From: Candidatus Dadabacteria bacterium
GTDB taxonomy: Bacteria > Desulfobacterota_D > UBA1144 > Nemesobacterales > CSP1-2
Length of the DNA stretch: 64,000 nucleotides
NCBI GenBank assembly: GCA_963805855.1
Contig: CAWDVW010000002.1
Location: 544,001 to 608,000 of the forward strand
Direction: 5' to 3'
In this document: positions 29,649 through 39,270 of the stretch, piece after piece
Layout of the letters: every line of letters starts with the position of its first letter
Numbering within the stretch: the first letter of the stretch is position 1
The notes under the pieces: model-generated
What the model saw: the letters and a program-made list of their open reading frames with translations, nothing else
What the model was told of the DNA's origin: nothing
Database searches by the model: none
Translations under genes and position numbers: made by a program

Positions 29649-30845
29649 GTGAATACATCCGGGGGCATTAAAAAAAAGCTGGAAACGGGATCCAGAATTA
29701 ATATCTGGAAGCAGGATCCTACGGTGCGAGAACCCGGGGTAAGAACCACCTTTGTCCACAACAACGTATATGCCGGACCAAGCGATTCTCAGATAGCTAT
29801 TAAAGGTTTCCCCCCTATTTTGCCTGATATAAATGGAGATTTCCTCTTTCCCCCGCCGGAACAGTATATTGTGGAGGATTTATATAATCTGCCCGGAATA
29901 AGCGAAGAGGAGCAAAGATTTGATGCGGCTCATACTTATGCGGTTGTACGCAAGGTATTAACAATGTACCAGCGCGTATTGGGACGGGAATTAAAATGGG
30001 TGTGGAATAGTGAAAGTAATGTCGAGCCGCTTAGCATTTATCCACATGCTAATGTAGGAAGAGCTGCATTCTATGACAGGAGCTTGAAGTCACTTAACTT
30101 TCAATATTTCTACGTACTTGGAAAACAGCCTGTTTTCACCTGCAGGTCTATGGACGTTGTCTCGCACGAAACGGGTCATGCGATATTTGATTCATTAAAA
30201 CCATCTTGGAATGTCTTAGAAGAGGGAAGGGGGCTTTCTCTGGCGATAGCCGCATTACAGGAGTCTTTATCCGATCTAACCTCTATTTTCTTTATACTGT
30301 CTCAATTGGATCTTGTCGAATACATAATCGCACAGACAAAGGCTAACCTTCGCTATGAAGATAACATACTGGCAACCTGGGGTGAAGAACTTGGGGCGAT
30401 ACCTGGATACGGGGCCGTCAGAAACGCTGTTAATAATCTAAAATTAAGCGAAGCCGGCACAGAGATACATAAAATCTCCCAGGTTTTTACCGGCGCTGTT
30501 TACGATATGCTTTCAGAAATGCTTAATGCTGAAAGGGAGCCAGATATTCGTGACGATGCAGAAGCGTTGTATCAGGTAAGTCAGTATATGCTGCATCTAT
30601 TGGTTCAATCTGTTCTCCTTTCGCCCGATAGAAAGGCTTCTTTCGCAGATGTTGCCAATGAAATGATAAAAATAACAGAAGGAACCGGACGATTAGGCCA
30701 TGCAGAAATTGTTCGGAATAATTTTATATACAGGGACATCTTGACCGATACCGGGGTAGCAAGTCCTTTCGATGATTTTTCAGATATTTTTCCAGATCTC
30801 AGAGGGTGTTGCGGTACTTTGAACGGAGCAGTGGTGTCAAAATAA
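29649..30845 (+). CDS. Zinc metallopeptidase (gluzincin, M4/M36-like)
   Basis: DVVSHETGH, downstream ESLSD, and EIH.ISQVFTGA. Confidence 0.75.
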   Translation: MNTSGGIKKKLETGSRINIWKQDPTVREPGVRTTFVHNNVYAGPSDSQIAIKGFPPILPDINGDFLFPPPEQYIVEDLYNLPGISEEEQRFDAAHTYAVVRKVLTMYQRVLGRELKWVWNSESNVEPLSIYPHANVGRAAFYDRSLKSLNFQYFYVLGKQPVFTCRSMDVVSHETGHAIFDSLKPSWNVLEEGRGLSLAIAALQESLSDLTSIFFILSQLDLVEYIIAQTKANLRYEDNILATWGEELGAIPGYGAVRNAVNNLKLSEAGTEIHKISQVFTGAVYDMLSEMLNAEREPDIRDDAEALYQVSQYMLHLLVQSVLLSPDRKASFADVANEMIKITEGTGRLGHAEIVRNNFIYRDILTDTGVASPFDDFSDIFPDLRGCCGTLNGAVVSK

Positions 30846-30922
30846 TCAAGGTACGCAGATACGCACGAGCACTGAAAGATGCTATTCTTGTCAATCCCGG
30901 AAACCGCAATAATCTCAGCCAC

Positions 30923-32674
30923 TCAATCATTTCCAACCCTCTCTGGTTTGATGGCGTTTCTGTCGGAGTCTCCATCAAAGAAGGGAGGTGGGAGAAGAGG
31001 AAGTTTTTCCTTTTTAGAGGTTTGACGTTGAAGCTCTATCTCCGACACCAGTATACTCGGAGAAACAGTTGACACCGGAACGTACCCAGACTCTGCCCCG
31101 CAAAAGCCATTGAATACCGCATAGTCATCCCCTGTAGCTATTATCTTATTAATGGAAACGAGGGGCGTTCCAACGATTTCGACGTCCCTAACAAGCGTCT
31201 CCTTGCCAGTCTCGGGGTCAACCTTATAAACAACCACCGGTGTCGCGCTGAATGCCTGAAAGTCATAGGTTGAAGTATTTGTCTCTCCCCCAGTCATTTT
31301 CTCGATGATAAGACCAAACGGCTTTTTTTGACGCTTTACCTCTTCCATGAGCATCCTCTTTAGTTCCTCCTTTGGATACTCCTTTTTGGATTTAACTATA
31401 GTATTGCTCATCCTGGCCATGGGTGCTCTTCTGTATGCCGCCCTCCCATGCCCATTGGACTTTTCAAAACCATTTATCGGTGTTCGGGAAAGAAGAAAAT
31501 TCTTTAAAATACCGTTCTCGACCAGCGCCACCGTTTGACCGGGAACCCCCTCGTCGTCGACAGGATAATAACCAAGAAGGCGAGTTCCATTGAAGCTCTT
31601 TAATTCAGGATCATCAACGATCGACAGAAAAGGGGGAATTATCTTTTCTCCAACCTTATCTTTAAAGGTTTGACCCTCTTTGTCATTGATCTGCCGCTCA
31701 CCCTCGAGCCTGTGACCAACGGCTTCATGGAATACAATTCCCGCAGCCTCGGGCTCTAATATCGCGGGCACATTTACCGGCGAAAGCACATCAGCGGTTT
31801 TCATATCGAGCGTTTCTTTCACTAAGTCCCTCATAATAGACTTCAATTGATCCACCGAAGGAATTTCCTGTAGGGAAAAATAATACAGGTTTGTATAATT
31901 TTCAATTACTCTCCCGTCATCCGCCCTTGTCGTAGCATCAGCATCTATCGAATACAGTATCTCGTCCCCTACATCTCGGCTGCCCTCGGAATTGACGAAA
32001 TAAACGGTCTCCTTTTGAGCCGTTATTGAAACTGATGCATCAATTAAGTCCTTATATTCTTTAAACACCGAAGAAACTTCCCTGATCTTCGCTTCCCAAT
32101 CGTTCGGATCGAATACTAGTGCAATCTCAGGGCCGCTGTAAACATGGGGTTTTTCCCTGGAAAAGCTAGCGATTTCTTCATCCTTGACGTCATCAACATT
32201 TTCAGCCTTCTTATTGAAATACTGTGTAAGCGCATCCTTATAAGTAGCGTCAGTCGCTTGCCATAAGATCGCCCTTATAGAGTCAACGTCATTATCAATT
32301 GGAATAATCGAGGAATCAATTGCAGAGGAGTTTCCACCAGAATTGCCCAAGATCGAATTATCAAACTCATAATCTCCTACCCTCACGTCAACAAACAAAC
32401 GCCTTTTCCTGTCGTTGGACAGGTCTACAATCGCACCATATTTGCCCTTAATGCTGTAAAATGCGTTGTCCTTGATCTGATAACTTATAAAGTACGGCGC
32501 CTCATAGCCATCGAGTCGCAGCTTTTTCCATGAACGATTTAATTCCTTTTCCATCGCATTGAGCACGACAGTATCACTCCTGTCCGAGGCCGACACAGGT
32601 GTTAATGCAAATAAAAGGAATGAAAATATGATTATGGATAATACTCTTAACCTAATAGATCGATTTCCATGCAT
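30923..32674 (-). CDS. TldD/PmbA-family metalloprotease with signal peptide
   Basis: FHEAVGHRLE, DDEGV, SNGHGR, RMSN and GFCGAESG.VPV motifs. Confidence 0.88.
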   Translation of the reverse strand: MHGNRSIRLRVLSIIIFSFLLFALTPVSASDRSDTVVLNAMEKELNRSWKKLRLDGYEAPYFISYQIKDNAFYSIKGKYGAIVDLSNDRKRRLFVDVRVGDYEFDNSILGNSGGNSSAIDSSIIPIDNDVDSIRAILWQATDATYKDALTQYFNKKAENVDDVKDEEIASFSREKPHVYSGPEIALVFDPNDWEAKIREVSSVFKEYKDLIDASVSITAQKETVYFVNSEGSRDVGDEILYSIDADATTRADDGRVIENYTNLYYFSLQEIPSVDQLKSIMRDLVKETLDMKTADVLSPVNVPAILEPEAAGIVFHEAVGHRLEGERQINDKEGQTFKDKVGEKIIPPFLSIVDDPELKSFNGTRLLGYYPVDDEGVPGQTVALVENGILKNFLLSRTPINGFEKSNGHGRAAYRRAPMARMSNTIVKSKKEYPKEELKRMLMEEVKRQKKPFGLIIEKMTGGETNTSTYDFQAFSATPVVVYKVDPETGKETLVRDVEIVGTPLVSINKIIATGDDYAVFNGFCGAESGYVPVSTVSPSILVSEIELQRQTSKKEKLPLLPPPFFDGDSDRNAIKPERVGND

Positions 32675-32680
32675 GAAAAA

Positions 32681-32709
32681 ATGGTATCAACCGGCGCTCA
32701 TATTGTCAA
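32681..32709 (-). promoter_or_regulatory. Sigma70 promoter giving a probably leaderless tldD transcript
   Basis: TTGACA-N17-TACCAT-N6-ATG on the minus strand. Confidence 0.6.
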
Positions 32710-32727
32710 TCGCTCTAGACAATAGAG

Positions 32728-32955
32728 AATTCGGGGACAGTCTCTCGAATCTTAAATGGGCATTCAAAAAATTCCCAAAATCAATTCCGGAAGCGTTAAA
32801 AAAAGTGACAATCATTACTGTCATCTCGAAGGAACAAAGCGACTGAGAGAACTAATTAATTATAGCAATAGATATCTCGCATTCGCTCGATACGCAAGCG
32901 TTTTTTGTCAGCCCTTGATTTTTGTTTCTTTGTATCAAGACAAAGAAAGAAATAA
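32728..32955 (+). mobile_element. ~230-bp non-coding repeated element (MITE/REP-composite-like), copy A
   Basis: Highly similar to 44661-44884 (inverted) and 43524-43697 (partial). Confidence 0.7.
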
Positions 32956-33023
32956 AAGATGTTGAGGTTAAAGTTTGTAAAAGCATCTTATTAGACTAAG
33001 AAAATCGCACGAATGGCAATATA

Positions 33024-33136
33024 GATTCCCGCTCACAATCCGCGGGAATGACGTTCAGTTTGTCATCCCCGAATGCAGTAGTCGGGGATCCAGAGACAAC
33101 GGCATGGATTCCCACTTACAATCCGTGGGAATGACA
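33024..33136. repeat. REP-like GTCATCCCCG/GGGAATGAC cluster
   Basis: Matches the 5159-5252 unit. Confidence 0.7.
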
Positions 33137-33233
33137 GGGTATGAAATTTCCCGCCAATCGCAAGGACGTCGAACCCGTCTACTCTGCCTACGTCGACTCA
33201 CTAAAATGTTAGAAGCTTGAGGGGATTCGCCGG

Positions 33234-33944
33234 TCAACAGTTCTGTATCAGTTCCTTGAGAAACCTATTAAGCATGCTCCTAGATTTCCTTATGTCAATT
33301 AGCACCAATTTCAAAAATGGATAAATTAGCCTCGGGTTTAAAATTAGATGCCTAAACGCATTTAGTTTTCTGAGTTCTCCACAGCTGCTGTAAAAATGTC
33401 TCATGTCAGGCAGCTCAACCCGGTTATCGTCCGATATTGACCTTACCGATATGACGGGATATCCGTAAACTTCGGCTGCCTCAACTACTCCCCATGTTTC
33501 CATATCGACACTCAGGGCACCCGTTTGGTGGTGCAGTCGCCTCTTTTCATCGGGGTCATGTATAAACCTGTTCTCCGTCAATAGCCCGCCCTTCATAAAA
33601 TCGATAGACAATCTGTTTATGTCACAGAAAAGCCCTTTCTTCTCATTCCTTTTCAAGCTCAAGACCCATTGTCCGACTATAATATCTCCAACCCTGAGTC
33701 CATCGCTGAGCGCACCGCCGAGTCCGGCAGATATGATTAATTCGGGTTTGAATTTCTCGATTACGTAATTTGTTCCATTGCGCGCCCTCCTGATGCCGAC
33801 GCCCGTACGGGCGAAAAGTACAGGCTTCCCATAAAGGTCACCCTTAAAAAATTGCAGATCATTCCAGGATCCTTGATCAGTTATCTGAAGATAGCTCTTA
33901 TTGTCATCCAATTCAAACCAGTTAGCACAAATAACAGCTATCAA
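33234..33944 (-). CDS. Nucleoside phosphorylase / MTA-SAH nucleosidase family (HpnG-like)
   Basis: TGVG, ISAGLGGAL, VDMET and VRSISD motifs. Confidence 0.8.
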   Translation of the reverse strand: MIAVICANWFELDDNKSYLQITDQGSWNDLQFFKGDLYGKPVLFARTGVGIRRARNGTNYVIEKFKPELIISAGLGGALSDGLRVGDIIVGQWVLSLKRNEKKGLFCDINRLSIDFMKGGLLTENRFIHDPDEKRRLHHQTGALSVDMETWGVVEAAEVYGYPVISVRSISDDNRVELPDMRHFYSSCGELRKLNAFRHLILNPRLIYPFLKLVLIDIRKSRSMLNRFLKELIQNC

Positions 33945-34058
33945 ATTTGTGATCCCCCATTCTATTTTTTCAGAACGGATTCATTCTCTATTCTTACATT
34001 GTAAGCCGTCGAACAGCACCTAAACCGCGATCCAATCTTGATTAGAAGACTACCCCAC

Positions 34059-34862
34059 CTAACGCTCTAGATATAGGAAAAAAATCAAAGCTGCCAGCGC
34101 AATCCTGTATATGACAAAAACCGTATAGCTTCCCTTCTGAACGTACTTCAACAGATATTTTATTGCAAGGAATCCAAAAATGGCAGAGCTTAATATACCG
34201 GCCAGGAAAGGGAGGCTAACAACTGTCGCGAAATCCAGGTGCCTCGATTCAAATACCGCAGCGCCCGCTATTATGGGTGCGGCGATTAAGAAAGAAAACC
34301 TTGCCGCCTCGTCCCTCTTAAAACTCCTCATAAGTCCACCAGTAATCGAAATTCCTGAACGTGATACGCCTGGCACGATCGAAATGGCCTGAAAAAGGCC
34401 TATTATCAGGCCATCCCAAACACTCATTTCTGAAATCTTCTTGTCTTTACCCGAAAATCTATCTGAGAAATAGAGGATCAAACCAAAGAAAAAAAGTGTG
34501 AAGGCAATACCGATCGGGTTTCTTAATAGCCCACTGGCCTGTTTTTCAAATAAAACCCCGGCGACACCGCCCGGAATACACGCAATAATTATTATTAAGC
34601 CTATTCTTCCATTCGGATAATCTTTAAAGCCCGAGCTAAAAACACCAGCAACAAACTCAACCACGATTGCGAACCATTCTCTCCAGAAATAGTAAATTAG
34701 CGCGAGCAGCGTACCGATATGAAGGGCGACATCAAAAGCCAATCCCGGATCATGCCATGAAAAGAACCATGGTAAAAGGACAAGGTGGGCAGTGCTGCTC
34801 ACCGGAAAAAACTCTGATACGCCCTGTATAATACCGAGTATTAGAGACTGAATTAAACTCAA
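34059..34862 (-). CDS. uppP: Undecaprenyl-diphosphatase
   Basis: GIIQGVSEFFPVSSTAH, PGVSRSG and AARFSFL. Confidence 0.95.
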   Translation of the reverse strand: MSLIQSLILGIIQGVSEFFPVSSTAHLVLLPWFFSWHDPGLAFDVALHIGTLLALIYYFWREWFAIVVEFVAGVFSSGFKDYPNGRIGLIIIIACIPGGVAGVLFEKQASGLLRNPIGIAFTLFFFGLILYFSDRFSGKDKKISEMSVWDGLIIGLFQAISIVPGVSRSGISITGGLMRSFKRDEAARFSFLIAAPIIAGAAVFESRHLDFATVVSLPFLAGILSSAIFGFLAIKYLLKYVQKGSYTVFVIYRIALAALIFFLYLER

Positions 34863-34892
34863 TAAGATATCCCTAGATTCATAGGCTCCGCT

Positions 34893-37694
34893 TTATAGAA
34901 CCCTTTTAAGAAATTTACCAGTATAAGATCCTTCGAAGTGAGAAACCTCTTCGGGCGTTCCATTTGCAACCATACGGCCCCCGTTTTCGCCACCCTCTGG
35001 TCCCAGATCAATTATGTAGTCTGAGCATTTTAGAACCTCAAGATTATGCTCGATAACCACGATTGTATTCCCCGAATCTACAAGCCTCTGAAGCACATCG
35101 ATTAACCTCTTCACATCCTCGAAATGAAGACCTATAGTGGGTTCATCGAGAACGTACAACGTTCTACCGGTTGCCTTCTTCGAAAGCTCCTTTGCAAGCT
35201 TTATCCTCTGGGCTTCGCCGCCCGAAAGTGTCGTAGCCGCTTGACCGAGCCGAATATAATCGAGTCCCACCGCGTGAAGCACTTCGAGCTTCTGTCTTAG
35301 TTTCGGAATACTTGAAAAGAAATCTAAAGCCTCGCTCACCGTCATTTCCAAAACGTCCGTAATGTTTTTTCCCTTATAAAAGATGTCTAACGTCTCCGCG
35401 TCATACCTCTTGCCCCCGCACTGATCACACCTTACATAGACGTCTGGGAGAAAGTGCATTTCGATCCTTACAGTCCCGTTTCCCTGACATCCGCTGCACC
35501 TTCCTTCCTGCACATTAAAGCTAAATCGACTTGGCGAATACCCGCGCAACCGGGCATCTGGAAGTATCGAGAACAATTCCCTGAGGGGCGTGAAAACTCC
35601 GGTGTAGGTAGCCGGATTTGATCTCGGAGTCCTTCCAATGGGAGCTTGATCGACATTCACCACCTTATCTATTTTATCAATGCCCTCTATCGCCTTATGC
35701 CTGCCCACCCTCTCTCTCCCACCATAGAATTTCGAGCAAAGGGCATTGTAGAGTGTGTCAATTACAAGGGTGCTCTTCCCGGAGCCGGATACACCGGTTA
35801 CGCAAGTAAAAACTCCAAGCGGAAAGGACACGTCGAGCTCTTTCAGATTATTTTCACGGGCACCTTTGACCTTTAAAAAGCCCCCGGGTTTTCGCCTTGT
35901 ACCGGGGACAGAGATCGAAAGTTGTCTTGAAAGGTAACTTCCTGTGAGCGATTTTTCGTTCTTCATCAAATCGTAAATATTTCCATGAGCCACAACCTCT
36001 CCGCCCTTTTCACCGGCTCCAGGCCCCATATCGACTACAAAATCCGAATTCCTGATTGTTTCTTCGTCGTGCTCAACGACTATGATTGTATTACCACGAT
36101 CCCTCAGGGACTTCAGTGTTGAAATAAGGCGCTGATTATCCTTGGGGTGCAAACCTATTGTCGGCTCATCAAGCACGTAAGTGATACCTGTGAGCCTGGA
36201 GCCCACCTGAGTTGCGAGCCGGATCCTTTGACCTTCTCCTCCCGAAAGCGTAGTGGCCGAGCGGTCAAGCGTCAGATAATCAAGACCGACATCCGCCAGG
36301 AATTCCAGCCTCGACCCTATTTCTTTTTGTATCCTCCCACCAACCTCCTTTTCCTGACCCGAAAAACTTAGATTACTGAAAAATTCAATGCATTTATCTA
36401 CCGTTAGCCTGGTTATATCGGAAATCGACATGCCATCCAACAGTATGCTTAGACTTTCTTTTTTCAGCCTGGAGCCATTACAGGTGGAGCAGTCAACTGT
36501 GCGAATATAGTTTGAAAGCTTCATCCTGACCTCATCGGAAGAGGTTTCATGATACCAGTCGGACATTATTCCGATGACACCCGGGAAGGTATCCCAATAT
36601 TCGATCGATCCTCTACCATTATCCCTGTAGAATCTGATTTCCTCATCTCCCGATCCATACAGTATGATTTTTTTGAATTTGCCGGGCAATCTCGAATACG
36701 GGGTTTGCATATTGAATCCAAAATGATCCGCTACACACCCAATCATGCGACTGAAGTATTTTGAATTCCTCCATGGGATGATTGCACCGTCTTCTATTGA
36801 TTTTCCTTTGTTATCTATAATCAGCTCCGGATCGAAGTTTGTTTTTTGACCAAGCCCTTCGCACGCCGGGCATGCCCCGTACGGACTGTTAAATGAGAAT
36901 AACCTGGGAGAAATCTCGGGATAGCTTATTCCGCATGTTGGACAGGAAAACTTCTCACTGAAAACAATCTCGTTCCCACCGGATGTTTCCACTTTTACAA
37001 CACCACCTGATCTTTTCAGAGCCAGTTTGAGCGAATCCTGTATTCTGCCTCTTAAATCCTTTTCAGTAACATTCACCACGTCCACCAGGAGTTCAATCGT
37101 ATGCTTTTTATTTTTTTCAACATGAATTTCATCGTCGAGGTCGAGGAGTTTTCCGTCAATTCTTACCCTAAGGAACCCCTGATCTTTGAGCTCAGCCAGT
37201 TCCTTTCTGTATTCTCCCTTTCTACCCTGGACAATAGGTGAATAGATGGATATCCTCTCTTTCTTGGCAAATTCAATTATCCGATTTACCATTCTTTCAA
37301 TGCTCTGTGACGCTATCTCCTTCCCACATCTATAGCAGAACGGCCTCCCCAGTCTGGCGAAAAGGAGTCTGAGAAAATCATATATCTCGGTTATCGTGCC
37401 AACTGTCGAACGCGGATTCCTCTGAAAGGTTTTCTGATCAACTGAGATGGATGGAGAAAGTCCCTCAATCGAGTCGATGTCGGGCTTATCAATCTTTTCG
37501 ACAAACTGCCGGGCATATGCGGACAGTGACTCCATATATCTCCGCTGACCCTCAGCGAAGATGGTATCGAAAGCGAGCGAAGACTTACCCGAGCCGCTGA
37601 CGCCGGTGATTAAAACAAATTTCCCCCGGGGAACCTCCAGGCTTATATTTTTCAGGTTATGCTCCCTTGCACCTATAATCCTTATACTATCCAC
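34893..37694 (-). CDS. uvrA: Excinuclease ABC subunit A
   Basis: Two ABC cassettes (GVSGSGKS twice, LSGGE twice), zinc fingers, GAREHNLKN. Confidence 0.97.
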   Translation of the reverse strand: MDSIRIIGAREHNLKNISLEVPRGKFVLITGVSGSGKSSLAFDTIFAEGQRRYMESLSAYARQFVEKIDKPDIDSIEGLSPSISVDQKTFQRNPRSTVGTITEIYDFLRLLFARLGRPFCYRCGKEIASQSIERMVNRIIEFAKKERISIYSPIVQGRKGEYRKELAELKDQGFLRVRIDGKLLDLDDEIHVEKNKKHTIELLVDVVNVTEKDLRGRIQDSLKLALKRSGGVVKVETSGGNEIVFSEKFSCPTCGISYPEISPRLFSFNSPYGACPACEGLGQKTNFDPELIIDNKGKSIEDGAIIPWRNSKYFSRMIGCVADHFGFNMQTPYSRLPGKFKKIILYGSGDEEIRFYRDNGRGSIEYWDTFPGVIGIMSDWYHETSSDEVRMKLSNYIRTVDCSTCNGSRLKKESLSILLDGMSISDITRLTVDKCIEFFSNLSFSGQEKEVGGRIQKEIGSRLEFLADVGLDYLTLDRSATTLSGGEGQRIRLATQVGSRLTGITYVLDEPTIGLHPKDNQRLISTLKSLRDRGNTIIVVEHDEETIRNSDFVVDMGPGAGEKGGEVVAHGNIYDLMKNEKSLTGSYLSRQLSISVPGTRRKPGGFLKVKGARENNLKELDVSFPLGVFTCVTGVSGSGKSTLVIDTLYNALCSKFYGGRERVGRHKAIEGIDKIDKVVNVDQAPIGRTPRSNPATYTGVFTPLRELFSILPDARLRGYSPSRFSFNVQEGRCSGCQGNGTVRIEMHFLPDVYVRCDQCGGKRYDAETLDIFYKGKNITDVLEMTVSEALDFFSSIPKLRQKLEVLHAVGLDYIRLGQAATTLSGGEAQRIKLAKELSKKATGRTLYVLDEPTIGLHFEDVKRLIDVLQRLVDSGNTIVVIEHNLEVLKCSDYIIDLGPEGGENGGRMVANGTPEEVSHFEGSYTGKFLKRVL

Positions 37695-37788
37695 AGCGGA
37701 TTTATTTTACCTGGATTATTATGGTGATAGAGACCTTTGGGAAGAAAAGTGTCTGTCACTATTATATGTATCTTAATACCGGGGATGT

Positions 37789-39234
37789 CTACGGCTGGTA
37801 TTCAATCGCGAGTTGAAGCCTGTTGGCAATGCCTAGTTTTTTAAAAATGTTATTCAAATGTGCCTTGACGGTTCTCTCGCTTATAGACAATTTTTGTGCT
37901 ATAACGTTGTTGCTTAGACCCTGAGAAACGAGTTTGGCAACTTCCTGCTCTTTATTCGTGAGTCTAGGCGTCAGAAGTACAGGCCTCCTCTTTTTCTTAG
38001 GCAATATTTTCGTTACAAATTTCTTGATTATTTCTGTATCAGAACAACTTTGCCCCAAATTCACGGTTCTGATGGCCTCGCGAATGTCTTCACCCGTCGA
38101 ACTTGCAGATATTAATCCACTAACACCAATGCTCAACGCATTAGTGATAAACTTCTCGTCATGATAGTGCAGCAAAAGGAGTATCTTTGAGTCTGAAGTC
38201 TTAGTTTTGATAAATTCAATGATTCTTCCCTTGTTATCCTGATTGAGGTCGGTATCGACTAAAATAACATCCGGTTTGTTATGCTCGATAACGGGTAAAA
38301 TCTCTTCGATTTCTCTTGCCGTTGTAACGATTTTTATGTCCTTTTCAGATTCTAATATTTTTGTTAAACCTTCGGAAACCAGTGTCTGTCTTGAAATCAC
38401 CGCTAAAGAAATAGGATTCTCTGAAGATACGGCTGATTTAAATACATCAAACTCGGAATCGAGGCCGTTTGGACTTTCGTACGGGACTTCCTTAAAAATT
38501 AAGAGTACTCCACTTAGTTCTCCTGTTTCACTTCTAATAGGGTTAGCCTTGATTTCCATAAACAGTTCTCTTCCATACCTAGTATTGATCAACTTCTTAA
38601 TAACCAGATTATCGAGATTCTGGGACTGTAATGCCAAAACGAGAGGGACATCATCATGAGAGAGTTCTGCTCCATGTTTTAATTTTATTATTTCATAAAG
38701 ATTTTTATCTATGGCTTCGTCCACTCTCCACCCCATCATCCGTTCCGCGCTTTCGGACAGGAACGTAATATTTAAATCCCTATCCACCACTATAATAGAA
38801 TATCCGAGTGTTGTAAGTGCATCTGAAATTGCTTTTTTTCTACTCTTTATTCTGCTTTCTGCTTTGTGTTTGTGAAGGGCTATCTCAATGGCTGATTGAA
38901 TTTCCTTGACTTTGAATGGCTTCAAAATATACCCAAACGGCTCAGTATATGTCGCTCTCTTGATTGTCCCCAAATCGGCATGTGCCGTTAAGTATATTAT
39001 GGGTATATCAAACTGTGATCTAATAAGTTTAGCAGCATCTATGCCGTCTATTTCTCCCCTTAAAACAATATCCATAAGGACCAGATCAGGTTGTAATTCC
39101 CTAGCAAGGTTTATGGCGTCTTCACCGGTCGAGGTAACGCCACAAACATCGTATCCCATTTTTGTAAGCCTATTTTGGATGTTTCTGGCAACTATGCTTT
39201 CATCTTCTACGACCAAAATTCTAGATTTTTTCAT
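37789..39234 (-). CDS. Response regulator REC-PAS-REC-LuxR HTH
   Basis: N-terminal VVEDE..DLVLMDI REC, PAS, second REC (DVILVD) and LuxR HTH (ISERTVKAHLNNIFKKLG). Confidence 0.85.
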   Translation of the reverse strand: MKKSRILVVEDESIVARNIQNRLTKMGYDVCGVTSTGEDAINLARELQPDLVLMDIVLRGEIDGIDAAKLIRSQFDIPIIYLTAHADLGTIKRATYTEPFGYILKPFKVKEIQSAIEIALHKHKAESRIKSRKKAISDALTTLGYSIIVVDRDLNITFLSESAERMMGWRVDEAIDKNLYEIIKLKHGAELSHDDVPLVLALQSQNLDNLVIKKLINTRYGRELFMEIKANPIRSETGELSGVLLIFKEVPYESPNGLDSEFDVFKSAVSSENPISLAVISRQTLVSEGLTKILESEKDIKIVTTAREIEEILPVIEHNKPDVILVDTDLNQDNKGRIIEFIKTKTSDSKILLLLHYHDEKFITNALSIGVSGLISASSTGEDIREAIRTVNLGQSCSDTEIIKKFVTKILPKKKRRPVLLTPRLTNKEQEVAKLVSQGLSNNVIAQKLSISERTVKAHLNNIFKKLGIANRLQLAIEYQP

Positions 39235-39270
39235 AGTACTAATATTATAAACGATATTATTTTCGGCTGC

